Positions 8,283 to 18,276 of a stretch of 37,045 nucleotides of DNA are shown piece after piece. The notes under the pieces were generated by a model. The model made no database searches. It was given only the letters and a program-made list of their open reading frames with translations, and was not told where the DNA came from. Positions within the stretch are counted from its first letter, which is position 1; the number at the start of each line of letters is the position of its first letter. The stretch is from Candidatus Hydrothermarchaeota archaeon (GTDB taxonomy: Archaea > Hydrothermarchaeota > Hydrothermarchaeia > Hydrothermarchaeales > BMS3B): NCBI GenBank assembly GCA_964501105.1, contig CAZCRG010000003.1:1-37045 (forward strand). The letters run 5' to 3'. The position numbers and the translations under genes were made by a program.

Positions 8283-9170
8283 CTAGAGGATATCTTTAAG
8301 CCAGATCTTGTATTTGCCGAGCTCGCCACCAAAGTTGCCAGAGCTTATTTTAACTACACCCTCGACTCTGCTTGCAGCTTCTGCACCTTTCAGCATAGCT
8401 TCCTTGACTACCTCAAGGTTTATGCCGTTAATTACTATCTCAGGGATTGAAATAACACCTTCAGGAACTTTTGAGTCAGGGATTTTTCCTCTCAGTGTGG
8501 GGCAGAAGGGGTGGTTTGTGGTTGGGCCTATTTCTGGAAAATTGGTCTCCACCTTGCTCCCTGCGCTGCATACATCAAAGGGTGTTATGGCTCCTTCCAC
8601 AGCTTCTATAGCTTCAACGGCAGCCTCTCCAGCCTCAAGAGCTGCCTCTTCACTGGTGCAGAAGAACCAGAGGTTGCCTCCAGCGACACCTCTGCCTACA
8701 CCTAAGTAGTGCTCAATAAGCCATTCTCCCATCATGAGAGGTACATTTATCATTTCTCTTCCAAAGCGCTCTTCCACCCATTCATAGCCGTCGCCGCAGT
8801 GTCCCACTCTAGGCATGGTGTCTATTTTTGTCTCACTCTCAAAGGCATTGAAGATTCTTGTTGTTGGAACCACCAGAATGCCCTGCCTTATTCGCAGTGA
8901 AAGCTCATACTCAAATTTCTCTAATTTCCCTGCAGCACTGCCCCAGACCTGTACTATTGCTCCAGGTCTTCCGTCAGGAGTTTCACTGCTATCAAGCCAG
9001 GCTTCCACGCCGCCTTCTGTTCTTCCCACGACAGTGGAGGGTAAGCATGTGGAGCCCAGGGCAGCCTTCCTGAGATACCTCTCATTCTTGGCTGTTATTA
9101 GCATTCTGACAAATATTCCTTCAAAGGCTTCGCAGTAGGTGTCTTCAACTTCAACATTATTGAGCTTCAT
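8283..9170 (-). CDS. ftr: Formylmethanofuran--tetrahydromethanopterin N-formyltransferase (Ftr)
   Basis: Near full-length collinearity with Ftr: MKLNNVEVEDTYCEAFEG.., SETPDGRPG, PTTRIFNAF, GGNLWFFC, ITPF, and C-terminal GNFGGELGKYKIWLKDIL. The start is set at the internal Met, giving about 295 aa; the longer ORF to 9251 adds a non-homologous extension. Confidence 0.85.
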   Translation of the reverse strand: MKLNNVEVEDTYCEAFEGIFVRMLITAKNERYLRKAALGSTCLPSTVVGRTEGGVEAWLDSSETPDGRPGAIVQVWGSAAGKLEKFEYELSLRIRQGILVVPTTRIFNAFESETKIDTMPRVGHCGDGYEWVEERFGREMINVPLMMGEWLIEHYLGVGRGVAGGNLWFFCTSEEAALEAGEAAVEAIEAVEGAITPFDVCSAGSKVETNFPEIGPTTNHPFCPTLRGKIPDSKVPEGVISIPEIVINGINLEVVKEAMLKGAEAASRVEGVVKISSGNFGGELGKYKIWLKDIL

Positions 9171-9500
9171 GAGTAAAATTAGGTCAGGAAGATATAAAAA
9201 CTTATAGAAGAGGGCTCGAAGTTTTGTTTCTCTGTTGAACACAAAATACACCCCGTGGCTCCGCCATATATGCCAAGATATAGGGGCACTCCTAGGTGAA
9301 ATGTTTATATATCATTAAATATAAACAATAATATAGTTCAGAATTGATGTGAGGGGGATTGGGAATGGACCTTTTCTTCTTGATGAAGAAATCCATAGTC
9401 CTCTGAATTATATCTCAAAGTTGGTGGGCTGATAGAGATTAGGCATATCGGGGAGGTATTCAATTCGAACATTTTCGGAAAAAAGGATAACTATCATAAT

Positions 9501-9512
9501 CTATCATGATAG
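9501..9512. promoter_or_regulatory. Perfect 12-bp palindrome CTATCATGATAG, 20 nt upstream of the cooS start codon. An extra half-site CTATCAT lies at 9491-9497. Candidate operator.
   Basis: Read directly. The palindrome sits between the putative promoter and the RBS TAGGAGGT at 9517-9524 of cooS. Confidence 0.3.
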
Positions 9513-9531
9513 AAGATAGGAGGTATGTAAT

Positions 9532-11406
9532 ATGGAAAATCCAAGCTACCACGAAACTATAAATGAGATGCACAAGAAGGTGCAGGAAGATGGCCTCACA
9601 AATATAGCAGATCGCTATGAGGCCCAGAGCAACAAGTGTACCTTCTGCAATCAGGGTATAAGCTGCCAGCTCTGCAGCATGGGTCCCTGCAGAATCACAG
9701 AGAAGGCTCCCTACGGTGCCTGCGGTATAGATGCCAATGGCATAGCCATGCGTAATATGCTTCACAGGAATATTATGGGTACAGCTGCCTACACATACCA
9801 TGCAGTTGAGGCTGTAAAAACCTTGAGGGCAACAGCCGAGGGTAAAACACCCTTCAAGATAAGTGCACCTGACAAGCTCATAACCTTTGCTCAGGCTCTG
9901 GGTATTGAGACAGATAACAAGGACATTAATGATATAGCCAAAGATGTGGCTGACTTTGTGCTAGAAGACCTCAATAGAGATGCCGATGAGCCCAGCAAGC
10001 TTGTTGAAATCTTTGCTCCTGAGAAGAGAAAGAAGGTCTGGAAGGAGCTGGGCATCTTTCCGGGTGGCGTTCTGCACGAGATTATGACCAATGCCGCCTC
10101 TTCCATGACCAATGTGGACAGCAACTATGTATCCCTTGCCCTTAAAGCTATGAGGATGGGCATAGCCACAAGCCTTGCTGCCCAGCTAAGCCTTGAGGTA
10201 ATACAGGATGCCCTCTTTGGCGTGCCAAAGCCACATAGCGGCTATGTGGACCTTGGGATTATGGACCCCGAGTATGTGAATATAGCTGTAAATGGTCATG
10301 AGCCCTTTGTGGGTGCTGCTCTGATTGAACTTGCAAAGAGCGAAGAGGTTCAGAAGAAGGCAAGAGAGGCTGGAGCCAAGGGTCTGAAGATAGTTGGTTC
10401 TATAGAGACAGGTCAGGAGCTTCTGCAGCGCTTTGAGGTTAATGATGTCTTTGTTGGTTTGACTGGCAACTGGATAACTCAGGAGTATGTCCTTGCAACT
10501 GGTGCTATAGATGTCTTTGCCATGGATATGAACTGCTCTCTCCCGGACCTTGCAGACTACCAGGAGAAGTATGGCGTCAAGCTTGTGCCAGTTTCCAAGC
10601 TGGTGAGAATGAGAGGCGTTGAGGATTCTCTGGACTACAAGCCCGAGCTTGTGAAGGAGCAGGCTGAAAAGCTTGTAGACCTTGCCATAGAGAGCTTCAA
10701 AAACAGAAAGGGTAAGCCCACAAGAGTTCCCCAGAGGAAGCAGGATGCTGTCGTAGGTTTCTCCATTGAGAGTATCCTTGAAGCCCTTGGCGGTAGTCTT
10801 GATCCTCTTCTGGATGCCATAAAGGCAGGGGATATCAAGGGTGTAGTTGCTCTTGTTAGCTGCACCACTCTGAAGAATGGTGCTCATGATGAAAAGACTG
10901 TTACAATAGCCAAGGAGCTAATAAAGAGGGACATTCTCGTGCTAAGCATGGGCTGTGGTAATGCTGCAGTTCAGGTTGCAGGGCTTACAAGTCTTGATGC
11001 CCAGGAACTTGCTGGTGAGAATCTCAGGAAGGTTCTCAAGGCTCTGAATATACCACCTGTACTCAGCTTCGGTACCTGCACAGACACGGGTAGACTTGCG
11101 CAGCTTGTTATAGCAATAGCCAATGCTCTGGGTGTGGATGTTCCTCAGCTTCCAATAGCTGCCACAGCACCAGAGTACATGGAGCAGAAAGCTACAATTG
11201 ATGCTATCTTTGCTATTGCTCTCGGTGTCTATACCCATGTTGATCCACTGCCACCAGTGGGCGGCGCACCAGACCTGGTGAAGCTTCTCACTGAGGATGT
11301 GGAGAATGTCACTGGCGGCAAGCTCCTTGTTGAACCAGATATGGTCAAGGCAGCAGAGAAGCTGGAGGAGCACATAATTAATAAGAGGAAAGAGCTGGGC
11401 ATTTAA
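9532..11406 (+). CDS. cooS: Anaerobic carbon-monoxide dehydrogenase catalytic subunit (CooS / Ni-CODH)
   Basis: The N-terminal cluster-binding motifs are CTFCNQGISCQLCSMGPCRI and ..YGACGID. The length of about 624 aa and overall architecture match CooS-type Ni,Fe-CODH. A strong RBS AGGAGG precedes the ATG. Confidence 0.85.
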   Translation: MENPSYHETINEMHKKVQEDGLTNIADRYEAQSNKCTFCNQGISCQLCSMGPCRITEKAPYGACGIDANGIAMRNMLHRNIMGTAAYTYHAVEAVKTLRATAEGKTPFKISAPDKLITFAQALGIETDNKDINDIAKDVADFVLEDLNRDADEPSKLVEIFAPEKRKKVWKELGIFPGGVLHEIMTNAASSMTNVDSNYVSLALKAMRMGIATSLAAQLSLEVIQDALFGVPKPHSGYVDLGIMDPEYVNIAVNGHEPFVGAALIELAKSEEVQKKAREAGAKGLKIVGSIETGQELLQRFEVNDVFVGLTGNWITQEYVLATGAIDVFAMDMNCSLPDLADYQEKYGVKLVPVSKLVRMRGVEDSLDYKPELVKEQAEKLVDLAIESFKNRKGKPTRVPQRKQDAVVGFSIESILEALGGSLDPLLDAIKAGDIKGVVALVSCTTLKNGAHDEKTVTIAKELIKRDILVLSMGCGNAAVQVAGLTSLDAQELAGENLRKVLKALNIPPVLSFGTCTDTGRLAQLVIAIANALGVDVPQLPIAATAPEYMEQKATIDAIFAIALGVYTHVDPLPPVGGAPDLVKLLTEDVENVTGGKLLVEPDMVKAAEKLEEHIINKRKELGI

Positions 11407-11484
11407 AGCCCAGTACATCCTTTACTATTTTTATTCTTTTTAGTTGCAAAAATTTTTTCTGAAGAGATAAATTTAAAGCCGTGA

Positions 11485-11823
11485 ATGCTTGAAGTTCTTG
11501 TAAATGGAAATATTACAGAGTATCTCCTGTGGGACATCTCTCAGGTTGTTGGAAGAGCTGTTGTGGCTGAGCATAGTGACTATGCAGAGATAAAGCTCAT
11601 CAATGTGAGCAGCTTCAGAAGAGGAGAAGGCCTGGGAACTATTCTTCTTGACAGAATAATCTCTGACTTCGGGCACAGGGATATTGTTACAAGTACCTTT
11701 AGCTCCAGAGTGAACTGGTATGAGAGAAAGGGTTTTACAAAGAGGGCTGAGAGGGACTCAATAGTTGAGATGTTCAGAGAAGGAAGTAAAAATCAGAGTT
11801 CCCTCCCCTTTTTAATTCAGTAG
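11485..11823 (+). CDS. Small GNAT-family N-acetyltransferase-like protein
   Basis: The acetyl-CoA binding-like segment is INVSSFRRGEGLGTILLDRII (Q/RxxGxG/A pattern). Its 3' end overlaps the convergent CGGC gene by 7 nt. Confidence 0.4.
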   Translation: MLEVLVNGNITEYLLWDISQVVGRAVVAEHSDYAEIKLINVSSFRRGEGLGTILLDRIISDFGHRDIVTSTFSSRVNWYERKGFTKRAERDSIVEMFREGSKNQSSLPFLIQ

Positions 11824-12167
11824 TTGTGGGTGCCTATTACTACAGGTATTCCAAACTTCTCCTCAATAACGCTCTTCATCTCCTCCATATCAATATTGGG
11901 ACAGCTTGGCTTGAGCTTGGACATACAGGAGGAGAAGTGTATTGCATCCACCTCGACATTATTCACCTGAAGGGCAGCCTTTGCTACAAGTCTCCTTCCT
12001 GGACAGCCGCCGCAGTTTCCTAAGGCTACAATCTCAACCTCTTCGTCGTACTTCTCAAATTCACCATCTTTATTTTTTGCAGCTTTGTAGCAGTTGGTGC
12101 AGGCTTCAGTACCAACGCAGCCAGATTTCATGACTTCCTGACATCCTATAACGCCTATTCTAACCAT
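11817..12167 (-). CDS. CGGC-domain protein
   Basis: It contains the eponymous LGNCGGCPG motif plus further conserved cysteines, for 10 Cys in 116 aa. Confidence 0.55.
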   Translation of the reverse strand: MVRIGVIGCQEVMKSGCVGTEACTNCYKAAKNKDGEFEKYDEEVEIVALGNCGGCPGRRLVAKAALQVNNVEVDAIHFSSCMSKLKPSCPNIDMEEMKSVIEEKFGIPVVIGTHNY

Positions 12168-12317
12168 GGTTATTCCTCCTGTTCGCTTATGTTCATCATC
12201 TGCGAAGCAAGATGAGAGCTTAAATTATATAAAAGTATCTGTGGTGCAGCTAAGGGGTGGAATACTTTTCTGTATAAGTTTTGGGAGAGTTCAAAAAATA
12301 GGTGAGGGAGATAGTAC

Positions 12318-13277
12318 TTACATTGTAATCTCAATTTCCAGCTTCTCAGCTATCTCCTTATATCTGTTCCTTATTGTTACTTCAGTTACTCCAGCAACCT
12401 CACTTATCTCCTGCTGGGTTCTTCTCTCGCCTATAAGAACAGAAGCAATATATATAGCTGCTGCAGCTACGCCAGTAGGACCTCTCCCTGAAGTTAACTG
12501 CATATTCATGGCATTATTGAGAATGTCTATGGCTTTAATCTCCACATCTTTGCTCAATCCAAGAGCAGAGCAGAATCTTGGTATATAATCTATGGGTGTT
12601 GTAGGTGAAAGGTTAATTCCAAGCTCTCTTAGAGTGAACCTGTAAATCCTTCCTATCTCCTTCCTGTCAATCATGGCAGCCTCTGCAATCTCATCGAGAG
12701 TTCTCGGCACAAGACACTTTCTGCAGGCTGCATATATGCAGGCAGCAACAACACCTTCAATACTCCTTCCCCTTATTAGCCCCTTATCAACAGCTTTCCT
12801 GTAAACAACAGCAGCAGTCTCTCTAACATTCTTGGGTAAATCAAGTTTTGAGGCAATCTTGTTGAGCTCTGTAAGAGCAATAGTAAGATTCCTCTCCTTG
12901 GCATTGCTCACCCTAATACGCTGCTGCCATTTCCTCATTCTGTAAAGCTGAGCCCTCTGCCTTGACGGTATATCCCTGCCAGAGCTGTCCTTATTACGCC
13001 AGTCTATGGTAGTGCTCAATCCCTTATCGTGAATCAGATAGGTTAAGGGGGCTCCTGTCCTTGTACGCCTTACCACCTGTTCACTGTCGAAGGCTCTCCA
13101 CTCTGGCCCTGGGTCGATCATATCGTGGTCAACCACTAAACCGCAATCGTTGCAGATTATCTCTGCACGGTCGTAATCGTGATACAAATCATTGCTCCCA
13201 CATTCGGGACATTTCAGTTCATATTCAGCATTTGAGGCTATGTTATCCACCATCCTGCAGTTTTTGGCTGACTGCAA
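12318..13277 (-). CDS. tfb: Transcription initiation factor IIB (archaeal TFB)
   Basis: The N-terminal zinc ribbon is CPECGS..CNDCG. Two cyclin-like repeats follow, with the typical ..[18 protein letters not shown].. and ..[16 protein letters not shown].. segments. The real start may be the internal Met at 13253. Confidence 0.9.
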   Translation of the reverse strand: MQSAKNCRMVDNIASNAEYELKCPECGSNDLYHDYDRAEIICNDCGLVVDHDMIDPGPEWRAFDSEQVVRRTRTGAPLTYLIHDKGLSTTIDWRNKDSSGRDIPSRQRAQLYRMRKWQQRIRVSNAKERNLTIALTELNKIASKLDLPKNVRETAAVVYRKAVDKGLIRGRSIEGVVAACIYAACRKCLVPRTLDEIAEAAMIDRKEIGRIYRFTLRELGINLSPTTPIDYIPRFCSALGLSKDVEIKAIDILNNAMNMQLTSGRGPTGVAAAAIYIASVLIGERRTQQEISEVAGVTEVTIRNRYKEIAEKLEIEITM

Positions 13278-13361
13278 AAATATTAATCAATCTAAATAAA
13301 GAAAATAACGAGTGTAAAAATAAAATTTAATATGTGAAGCACCAGCGGTTGAGAGGGGCAT

Positions 13362-14036
13362 TCATATACCCTTTGCCAGGTCCAGGAGCACCTCTTTGGG
13401 ATTCTCAGCTTTGACAACACCACTGGCTAAAAGTACGCCTTCAGCGCCCAGCTCCAGAGCAGCCTTTACATCCTCTCCAGTGCTTATTCCAGCGCCACAG
13501 AGCACAGCTATATTCTTATTTATCTCTTTAACAGCCTCCACACTCTTCTCAACTATCTCGGGCTCTGCCTTGGAGACAGGTATTCCAGAACCTATTAAAT
13601 CAGGAGGTTCTATGGCTATGCAGCTTGGTGAAAGCTCTGCTGCAGCCCTGCTGACAGCAGTATTGTTGGTGCAAACCACAGTGTAGAGCCCAAGCTCTCT
13701 AGCTCTTGAAACAAGAAAATCTATATCAGCAAGCTGAAGTCTGTGCTCTGAATGGTTAATTAAAGTGCCAGAGGCACCTGCTTCTTTAACAGCCTCCAGA
13801 ACAGTATAGCCTGTTCTTGAGCCTGGAGTAAAAGCTTCTGCATGCTGCGCGAGTACAGGAATTTTAACCTCTCTCGCCACAAGGGCAAGGTCAACCATCT
13901 GAGGGGCATAAGCTATACTCACTCCCAGCTCTTCGCTTACCTCCTCACAGGCTTTTGCCAGAGCTAAATCCTTCTCTCCCATACTCTCAGTGTAAGCCTT
14001 TACGTTGAGCATTATTACTGGCGTTTTAATCTTCAC
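13362..14036 (-). CDS. tpiA: Triosephosphate isomerase (archaeal short form)
   Basis: The 224-aa archaeal-type TIM has the active-site region ..LINHSEHRL.. and a catalytic-loop-like IAIEPPDLIGSG. Confidence 0.85.
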   Translation of the reverse strand: MKIKTPVIMLNVKAYTESMGEKDLALAKACEEVSEELGVSIAYAPQMVDLALVAREVKIPVLAQHAEAFTPGSRTGYTVLEAVKEAGASGTLINHSEHRLQLADIDFLVSRARELGLYTVVCTNNTAVSRAAAELSPSCIAIEPPDLIGSGIPVSKAEPEIVEKSVEAVKEINKNIAVLCGAGISTGEDVKAALELGAEGVLLASGVVKAENPKEVLLDLAKGI

Positions 14037-14059
14037 CTCAGGACCTCCATAATCTTATA

Positions 14060-14134
14060 TGGGGCTGCTGAGATTTGAACTCAGGTCCACGGCTCCCGAA
14101 GCCGCGAGGATAGGCCAGGCTACCCTACAGCCCC
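14060..14134 (-). tRNA. tRNA-Pro (anticodon CGG)
   Basis: The reverse complement folds as GGGGCTG-TA-GGGT-AGCCTGGCCTA-TCCT-C-GCGGC-TTCGGGA-GCCGT-GGAC-CTGAG-TTCAAAT-CTCAG-CAGCCCC-A. The anticodon is CGG. It is about 85% identical to the tRNA-Pro(TGG) at 1791. Confidence 0.8.
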
Positions 14135-14213
14135 GTGCAAGAAAGTTGAGGGTTAACAACAGAAAAAACGACAATAAGCGAAGTCTATAGACGCCTTTGC
14201 CGTAAAGGTTATA

Positions 14214-14954
14214 TTGCAGAAGGAAGTAGTAAGCAAAGGTGAAGCTGTGAGTATCAGAGAGGAACTTGGCACAAAGATTGCTGGAGAGATAGTACTTTCA
14301 GAAAGTGTTGGAGATGCCATAAAAAAGTGGAGAGAAATCTTTGGACTTACTCAGAAGGAGCTTTCCACTGCTCTGGGAATTTCCACCTCTGTTATAAGCG
14401 ACTATGAGAACGGGAGGCGAAAGTCACCTGGTGTTGGAATGATAAAAAAGATAGTGGAGGCCCTTCTCAGCGAGGATGAGAAGCATGGAGCCAGAGTGAT
14501 AAGGGCCTATGAGCGAATGGCTGGAAACAACATAAAAACCTCAGCTATACTTGATATACGCGAGTTTTCAATGCCCATGAGCTGCAGGGAGTTTGCAAGA
14601 ATTGTGAAGGGCGATGTTATAGCCAATAGAGACCTTGTGGAAAAGAAGATCTACGGCTATACTGTGATAGACAGCCTTAAAGCTATTCTTGAGCTGAGCA
14701 GCGAAGAGTTTTTAAAGATATACGGCCTAACCTCTGAGAGGGCTCTTGTGTTCACAAAGGTATCCAGCGGAAGGTCGCCCTTTATTGCCATAAGGGTTTC
14801 AAGTTTAAAGCCTGGCCTGGTAGTGCTCCACGGTTTAGAGGATGTGGACAGGCTTGCTTTAAAGATAGCTGAAAAAGAAAGAATTCCTGTGATTCTCTCA
14901 AAGCTGGAAAGCAGTCGAGAGCTTGTCAGGGAGTTGAGAAGAAAAACAAGATAG
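14214..14954 (+). CDS. XRE-family helix-turn-helix transcriptional regulator with a C-terminal uncharacterised domain
   Basis: The HTH_3-like segment is [32 protein letters not shown] start is assumed. The gene lies directly upstream of the HMG-CoA synthase operon. Confidence 0.5.
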   Translation: MQKEVVSKGEAVSIREELGTKIAGEIVLSESVGDAIKKWREIFGLTQKELSTALGISTSVISDYENGRRKSPGVGMIKKIVEALLSEDEKHGARVIRAYERMAGNNIKTSAILDIREFSMPMSCREFARIVKGDVIANRDLVEKKIYGYTVIDSLKAILELSSEEFLKIYGLTSERALVFTKVSSGRSPFIAIRVSSLKPGLVVLHGLEDVDRLALKIAEKERIPVILSKLESSRELVRELRRKTR

Positions 14955-14965
14955 GAGGTATCAAT

Positions 14966-16003
14966 TTGGAAGGAATAGAAGGCTATGGTGTTTATATACC
15001 AAGATACAGAATAAAGGCTGAGGAGATAGCAAGAGTATGGGGGAGTAATGGCGAGAGTATAAAGAGGGGGTTGATGATAGAGGAGAAGGCAGTCCCCAGT
15101 CTTGATGAGGATGCTGCAACCATAGCAGTTGAGGCAGCAATGAATGCTGTGAGAAGGGCAGGGATAGACCCAAAGGAGATAGGTGCAGTGTATGTGGGCT
15201 CAGAGAGCCATCCCTATACAGTTAAGCCCACTGCAACTATAGTTGCAGAGGCCATAGGTGCCACTCCAGAGCTAACTGCTGCTGACTATGAGTTTGCCTG
15301 TAAAGCAGGAACTGCAGGTATGCAGACAGCTCTGGCACTTGTAAAGAGTGGAATGATTAAGTACGGCTTGGCCATTGGAGCTGACACAGCACAGGGTGCC
15401 CCTGGTGATCCCCTTGAATATACTGCAGCAGGGGGAGGTGCAGCCTATATAATTGGTAATAATAATCCTCTGGCAACAATAGAGGCTACATATTCCTTCA
15501 CCACAGATACACCTGATTTCTGGCGCCGCGAGGGCCAGCCCTATCCCAGGCATGGGGGCAGATTCACTGGTTTACCTGCCTACTTCAAGCATGTTTACAG
15601 TGCAGCCCGTGGCTTGATGGATTCACTGGGAAAAGAGCCTGAGGACTTTGATTTTGCAGTCTTCCACCAGCCCAATGGCAAGTTTCCCAGAGTAGTTGCA
15701 AAGAAGCTGGGCTTTGAAAAGGAGCAGGTGGAGCCGGGAATACTTGTAAACAGAATAGGCAACACCTACTCAGGTTCTTCAATGCTGGGCCTTGCCAGAG
15801 TTCTTGACATGGCAGAGCCTGGGCAGAAGATTCTCGTAACTTCTTTTGGCTCAGGTGCTGGCAGTGATGCCTTCTCTCTAATTGTGGAGGATGCCATTGA
15901 AGAGAAGAGAGCTCTTGCTCCCGGGGTGGAAGATTATATTTCCAGGAAGGTTTACATTGACTATGCTACCTATGTAAAGCTCAGAAGAAAGATAAGGGTG
16001 TAA
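14966..16003 (+). CDS. Hydroxymethylglutaryl-CoA synthase (archaeal type)
   Basis: The N-terminal [14 protein letters not shown] is typical of archaeal HMGCS. The thiolase-fold catalytic region is ..EFACKAGT... The TTG start is preceded by AGGAGGT at -7. It is the first gene of the conserved HMGCS-thiolase-DUF35 trio. Confidence 0.85.
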   Translation: MEGIEGYGVYIPRYRIKAEEIARVWGSNGESIKRGLMIEEKAVPSLDEDAATIAVEAAMNAVRRAGIDPKEIGAVYVGSESHPYTVKPTATIVAEAIGATPELTAADYEFACKAGTAGMQTALALVKSGMIKYGLAIGADTAQGAPGDPLEYTAAGGGAAYIIGNNNPLATIEATYSFTTDTPDFWRREGQPYPRHGGRFTGLPAYFKHVYSAARGLMDSLGKEPEDFDFAVFHQPNGKFPRVVAKKLGFEKEQVEPGILVNRIGNTYSGSSMLGLARVLDMAEPGQKILVTSFGSGAGSDAFSLIVEDAIEEKRALAPGVEDYISRKVYIDYATYVKLRRKIRV

Positions 16004-16006
16004 AAT

Positions 16007-17161
16007 ATGAAGAGAGTTGCTGTTATTGGCGTTGGGTTAACAAAATTTGGCGAGCTATGGGATTCCAGCTTCACAAGACTTTTTGTTGAAGCTGGTGCTG
16101 CAGCCATTGAAGACGCTGGAATAGATGGAAAGGATATTGAGGCTATATATATAGGTAATATGTCGGGCGGGAGGTTCATAGACCAGGAGCACATATCAAG
16201 CTTGATAGCTGACCAGGCTGGACTTAATCCTGTGCCTTCCACAAGGGTGGAAGCTGCCTGTGCCTCCGGTGGTCTGGCTGTGAGACAGGCAATTATGGCC
16301 ATAAACTCGGGTATGCATGAGATTGTTGTGGCTGGCGGCGTGGAAAAGATGACAGATGTGCTCACTGAGAAGACAACTCAGACCCTTGCCACTGCCGCTG
16401 ACAGTGAGTGGGAAGCTTTCCTGGGTATGACCTTCCCGGGGCTCTATGCCATGATGGCAAGGCGGCATATGCACGAGTATGGCACAACCCGGGAACAACT
16501 CGCCATGGTGAGTGTTAAGAATCACAGAAATGCACTGCACAACCCCTATGCTCAGTACCACATGGAGATTACTGTTGAGCAGGTTCTCAACTCTCCTCTG
16601 GTGGCGGACCCCCTGAGGCTTCTGGACTGCTCACCTATCACCGATGGGGCTGCCTGCGTGATTCTGGCCAGTGAGGAGAAGGCAAAGGAGTTTGTGGATA
16701 ATCCTGTATACATAACTGGCTCTGGTCAGGCTTCCTCCACAATTTCACTGCACAGCAGGGAGAATATTACTGTTGTGGATGCAACTGTAAATGCTGCAAA
16801 GGAAGCCTACATGCGTGCTAAAAAGGAACCCAAGGATATTCAGGTGGCTGAAGTGCATGACGCCTTCACCATAGGTGAGATTTTAGCAATAGAAGGTCTG
16901 GGATTCTTTGAGACTGGAAAAGGTGGAGAAGCCACTGAGGAAGGGCAGACAGAGATAGGCGGAAAGATACCTGTTAACACCTCAGGAGGACTTAAGGCTA
17001 AGGGACATCCTGTAGGTGCTACAGGCGTAGCCCAGGTGGTAGAGATTGCACTCCAGCTTAGAGGCGAGGCAGGTAAGAGGCAGGTGGATGCTGACATAGG
17101 GCTGAGTCACAATGTAGGCGGAAGTGGCGGCACTGCTGTGGTGCACATCCTGGAGAAGTGA
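16007..17161 (+). CDS. Acetyl-CoA C-acetyltransferase (archaeal thiolase)
   Basis: Thiolase-fold protein with the active-site Cys region VEAACASGG, plus C-terminal [17 protein letters not shown] and HNVGGSGG. Its start is 4 nt after the HMGCS stop. Confidence 0.85.
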   Translation: MKRVAVIGVGLTKFGELWDSSFTRLFVEAGAAAIEDAGIDGKDIEAIYIGNMSGGRFIDQEHISSLIADQAGLNPVPSTRVEAACASGGLAVRQAIMAINSGMHEIVVAGGVEKMTDVLTEKTTQTLATAADSEWEAFLGMTFPGLYAMMARRHMHEYGTTREQLAMVSVKNHRNALHNPYAQYHMEITVEQVLNSPLVADPLRLLDCSPITDGAACVILASEEKAKEFVDNPVYITGSGQASSTISLHSRENITVVDATVNAAKEAYMRAKKEPKDIQVAEVHDAFTIGEILAIEGLGFFETGKGGEATEEGQTEIGGKIPVNTSGGLKAKGHPVGATGVAQVVEIALQLRGEAGKRQVDADIGLSHNVGGSGGTAVVHILEK

Positions 17162-17170
17162 GGTGATAAT

Positions 17171-17575
17171 ATGAGCATTCCAAGATTCTGGCGAAATATG
17201 AAGAGCAGATATAGTCTTATTGGAAAGCGCTGCAAAAGCTGCAGCAGTATTTACTTCCCTCCCAGAAACTTCTGCCCTAAATGCAGGAGAATAGGCGAGC
17301 TTGAGGACTACCAGCTCAGGGGAAAGGGAGAGGTGGTTACCTACACTGTTATAAGAACTCCACCTGAGGGCTTTGAAATGCTTTCTCCCTATATAATGGC
17401 TCTTGTTAAGCTTGAAGAGGGACCAATGATTACCACTCAGATTGTGGATGTTGATGTTAATGAGGTTTACATAGGAATGCCAGTGGAAAAGGTCTTCAGA
17501 AAGATAGGTGAAGACGGTGAAGCAGGCTTGATATACTATGGATATAAGTTCAGACCAGCTTTAAAGGAGGAATAA
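17171..17575 (+). CDS. DUF35 OB-fold/zinc-ribbon protein, the scaffold subunit of the archaeal thiolase/HMGCS complex
   Basis: Rubredoxin-like CKSCSS..CPKCRR followed by an OB-fold region. Conserved gene order with thiolase and HMGCS. Confidence 0.8.
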   Translation: MSIPRFWRNMKSRYSLIGKRCKSCSSIYFPPRNFCPKCRRIGELEDYQLRGKGEVVTYTVIRTPPEGFEMLSPYIMALVKLEEGPMITTQIVDVDVNEVYIGMPVEKVFRKIGEDGEAGLIYYGYKFRPALKEE

Positions 17576-17576
17576 A

Positions 17577-17747
17577 ATGAACTGCAAAGCTTCAAAAGAG
17601 GAATATCTTGAGGTGAAGTGTGAGAGAGAACAGGATTCCTGCACAATGTGTTGCATTTACCATGTATGTGAGCACAACTGGGAGACAAGAGAAGTCTGGA
17701 GAACCTGCGACCACTTTCTTGCTGGAAGCTGCAGCTACAAGGGCTGA
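17577..17747 (+). CDS. Small 56-aa Cys-rich protein, translationally coupled to the DUF35 gene
   Basis: The ATG at 17577 lies 2 nt after the DUF35 stop and is preceded by AGGAGG at 17564-17569. The ORF is MNCKASKEEYLEVKCEREQDSCTMCCIYHVCEHNWETREVWRTCDHFLAGSCSYKG, with 9 Cys and 3 His. It is not in the supplied ORF track because it is under 60 aa. An oligo-T tract follows immediately. Confidence 0.4.
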   Translation: MNCKASKEEYLEVKCEREQDSCTMCCIYHVCEHNWETREVWRTCDHFLAGSCSYKG

Positions 17748-17750
17748 TAG

Positions 17751-17766
17751 CTCTTTTTCTTTTTTG
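17751..17766 (+). terminator. Oligo-T tract (CTCTTTTTCTTTTTTG), an archaeal-type terminator for the HMGCS operon
   Basis: The T-rich run starts 4 nt after the last stop codon of the operon. Archaeal terminators are oligo-T. Confidence 0.4.
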
Positions 17767-17949
17767 ATATTTAGATCTTAAAAAAAAATTTGCTAATTTT
17801 ATTTAAATTTTAGCAGAGTTAAAGTTGAATTATGGTTTAGGTTTGGTTGGATGTAAAAAGCTTTGTATACTATCCCTTATAGCAGTTTACACAAAAAGAC
17901 AGAAGCAGATACTCTTGTGTACTCCATGAAATCAGATTATTGAGAGGAA

Positions 17950-18186
<237 letters not shown>

Positions 18187-18276
18187 TTAGTCTTATAGAC
18201 ATCTATATTTAAATTTTGCGCCAGTTTCTCAGCATCAGAGAGAACAGTTATTAACTATAGCAAAGGAAATCTCACT

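Noticed and set aside
13255-13290. Apparent hairpin TGCAGTTTTTGG / CTGACTGCAAAAA at the TFB 5' end
   Set aside because: The two halves are mirror repeats, not reverse complements, so no stem can form.
17760-17949. Searched downstream of the Sm gene for the ribosomal protein L37e gene that commonly follows it in archaea
   Set aside because: The only minus-strand ORF is 16 codons with no L37e zinc-finger motif. The Sm gene appears solitary here.
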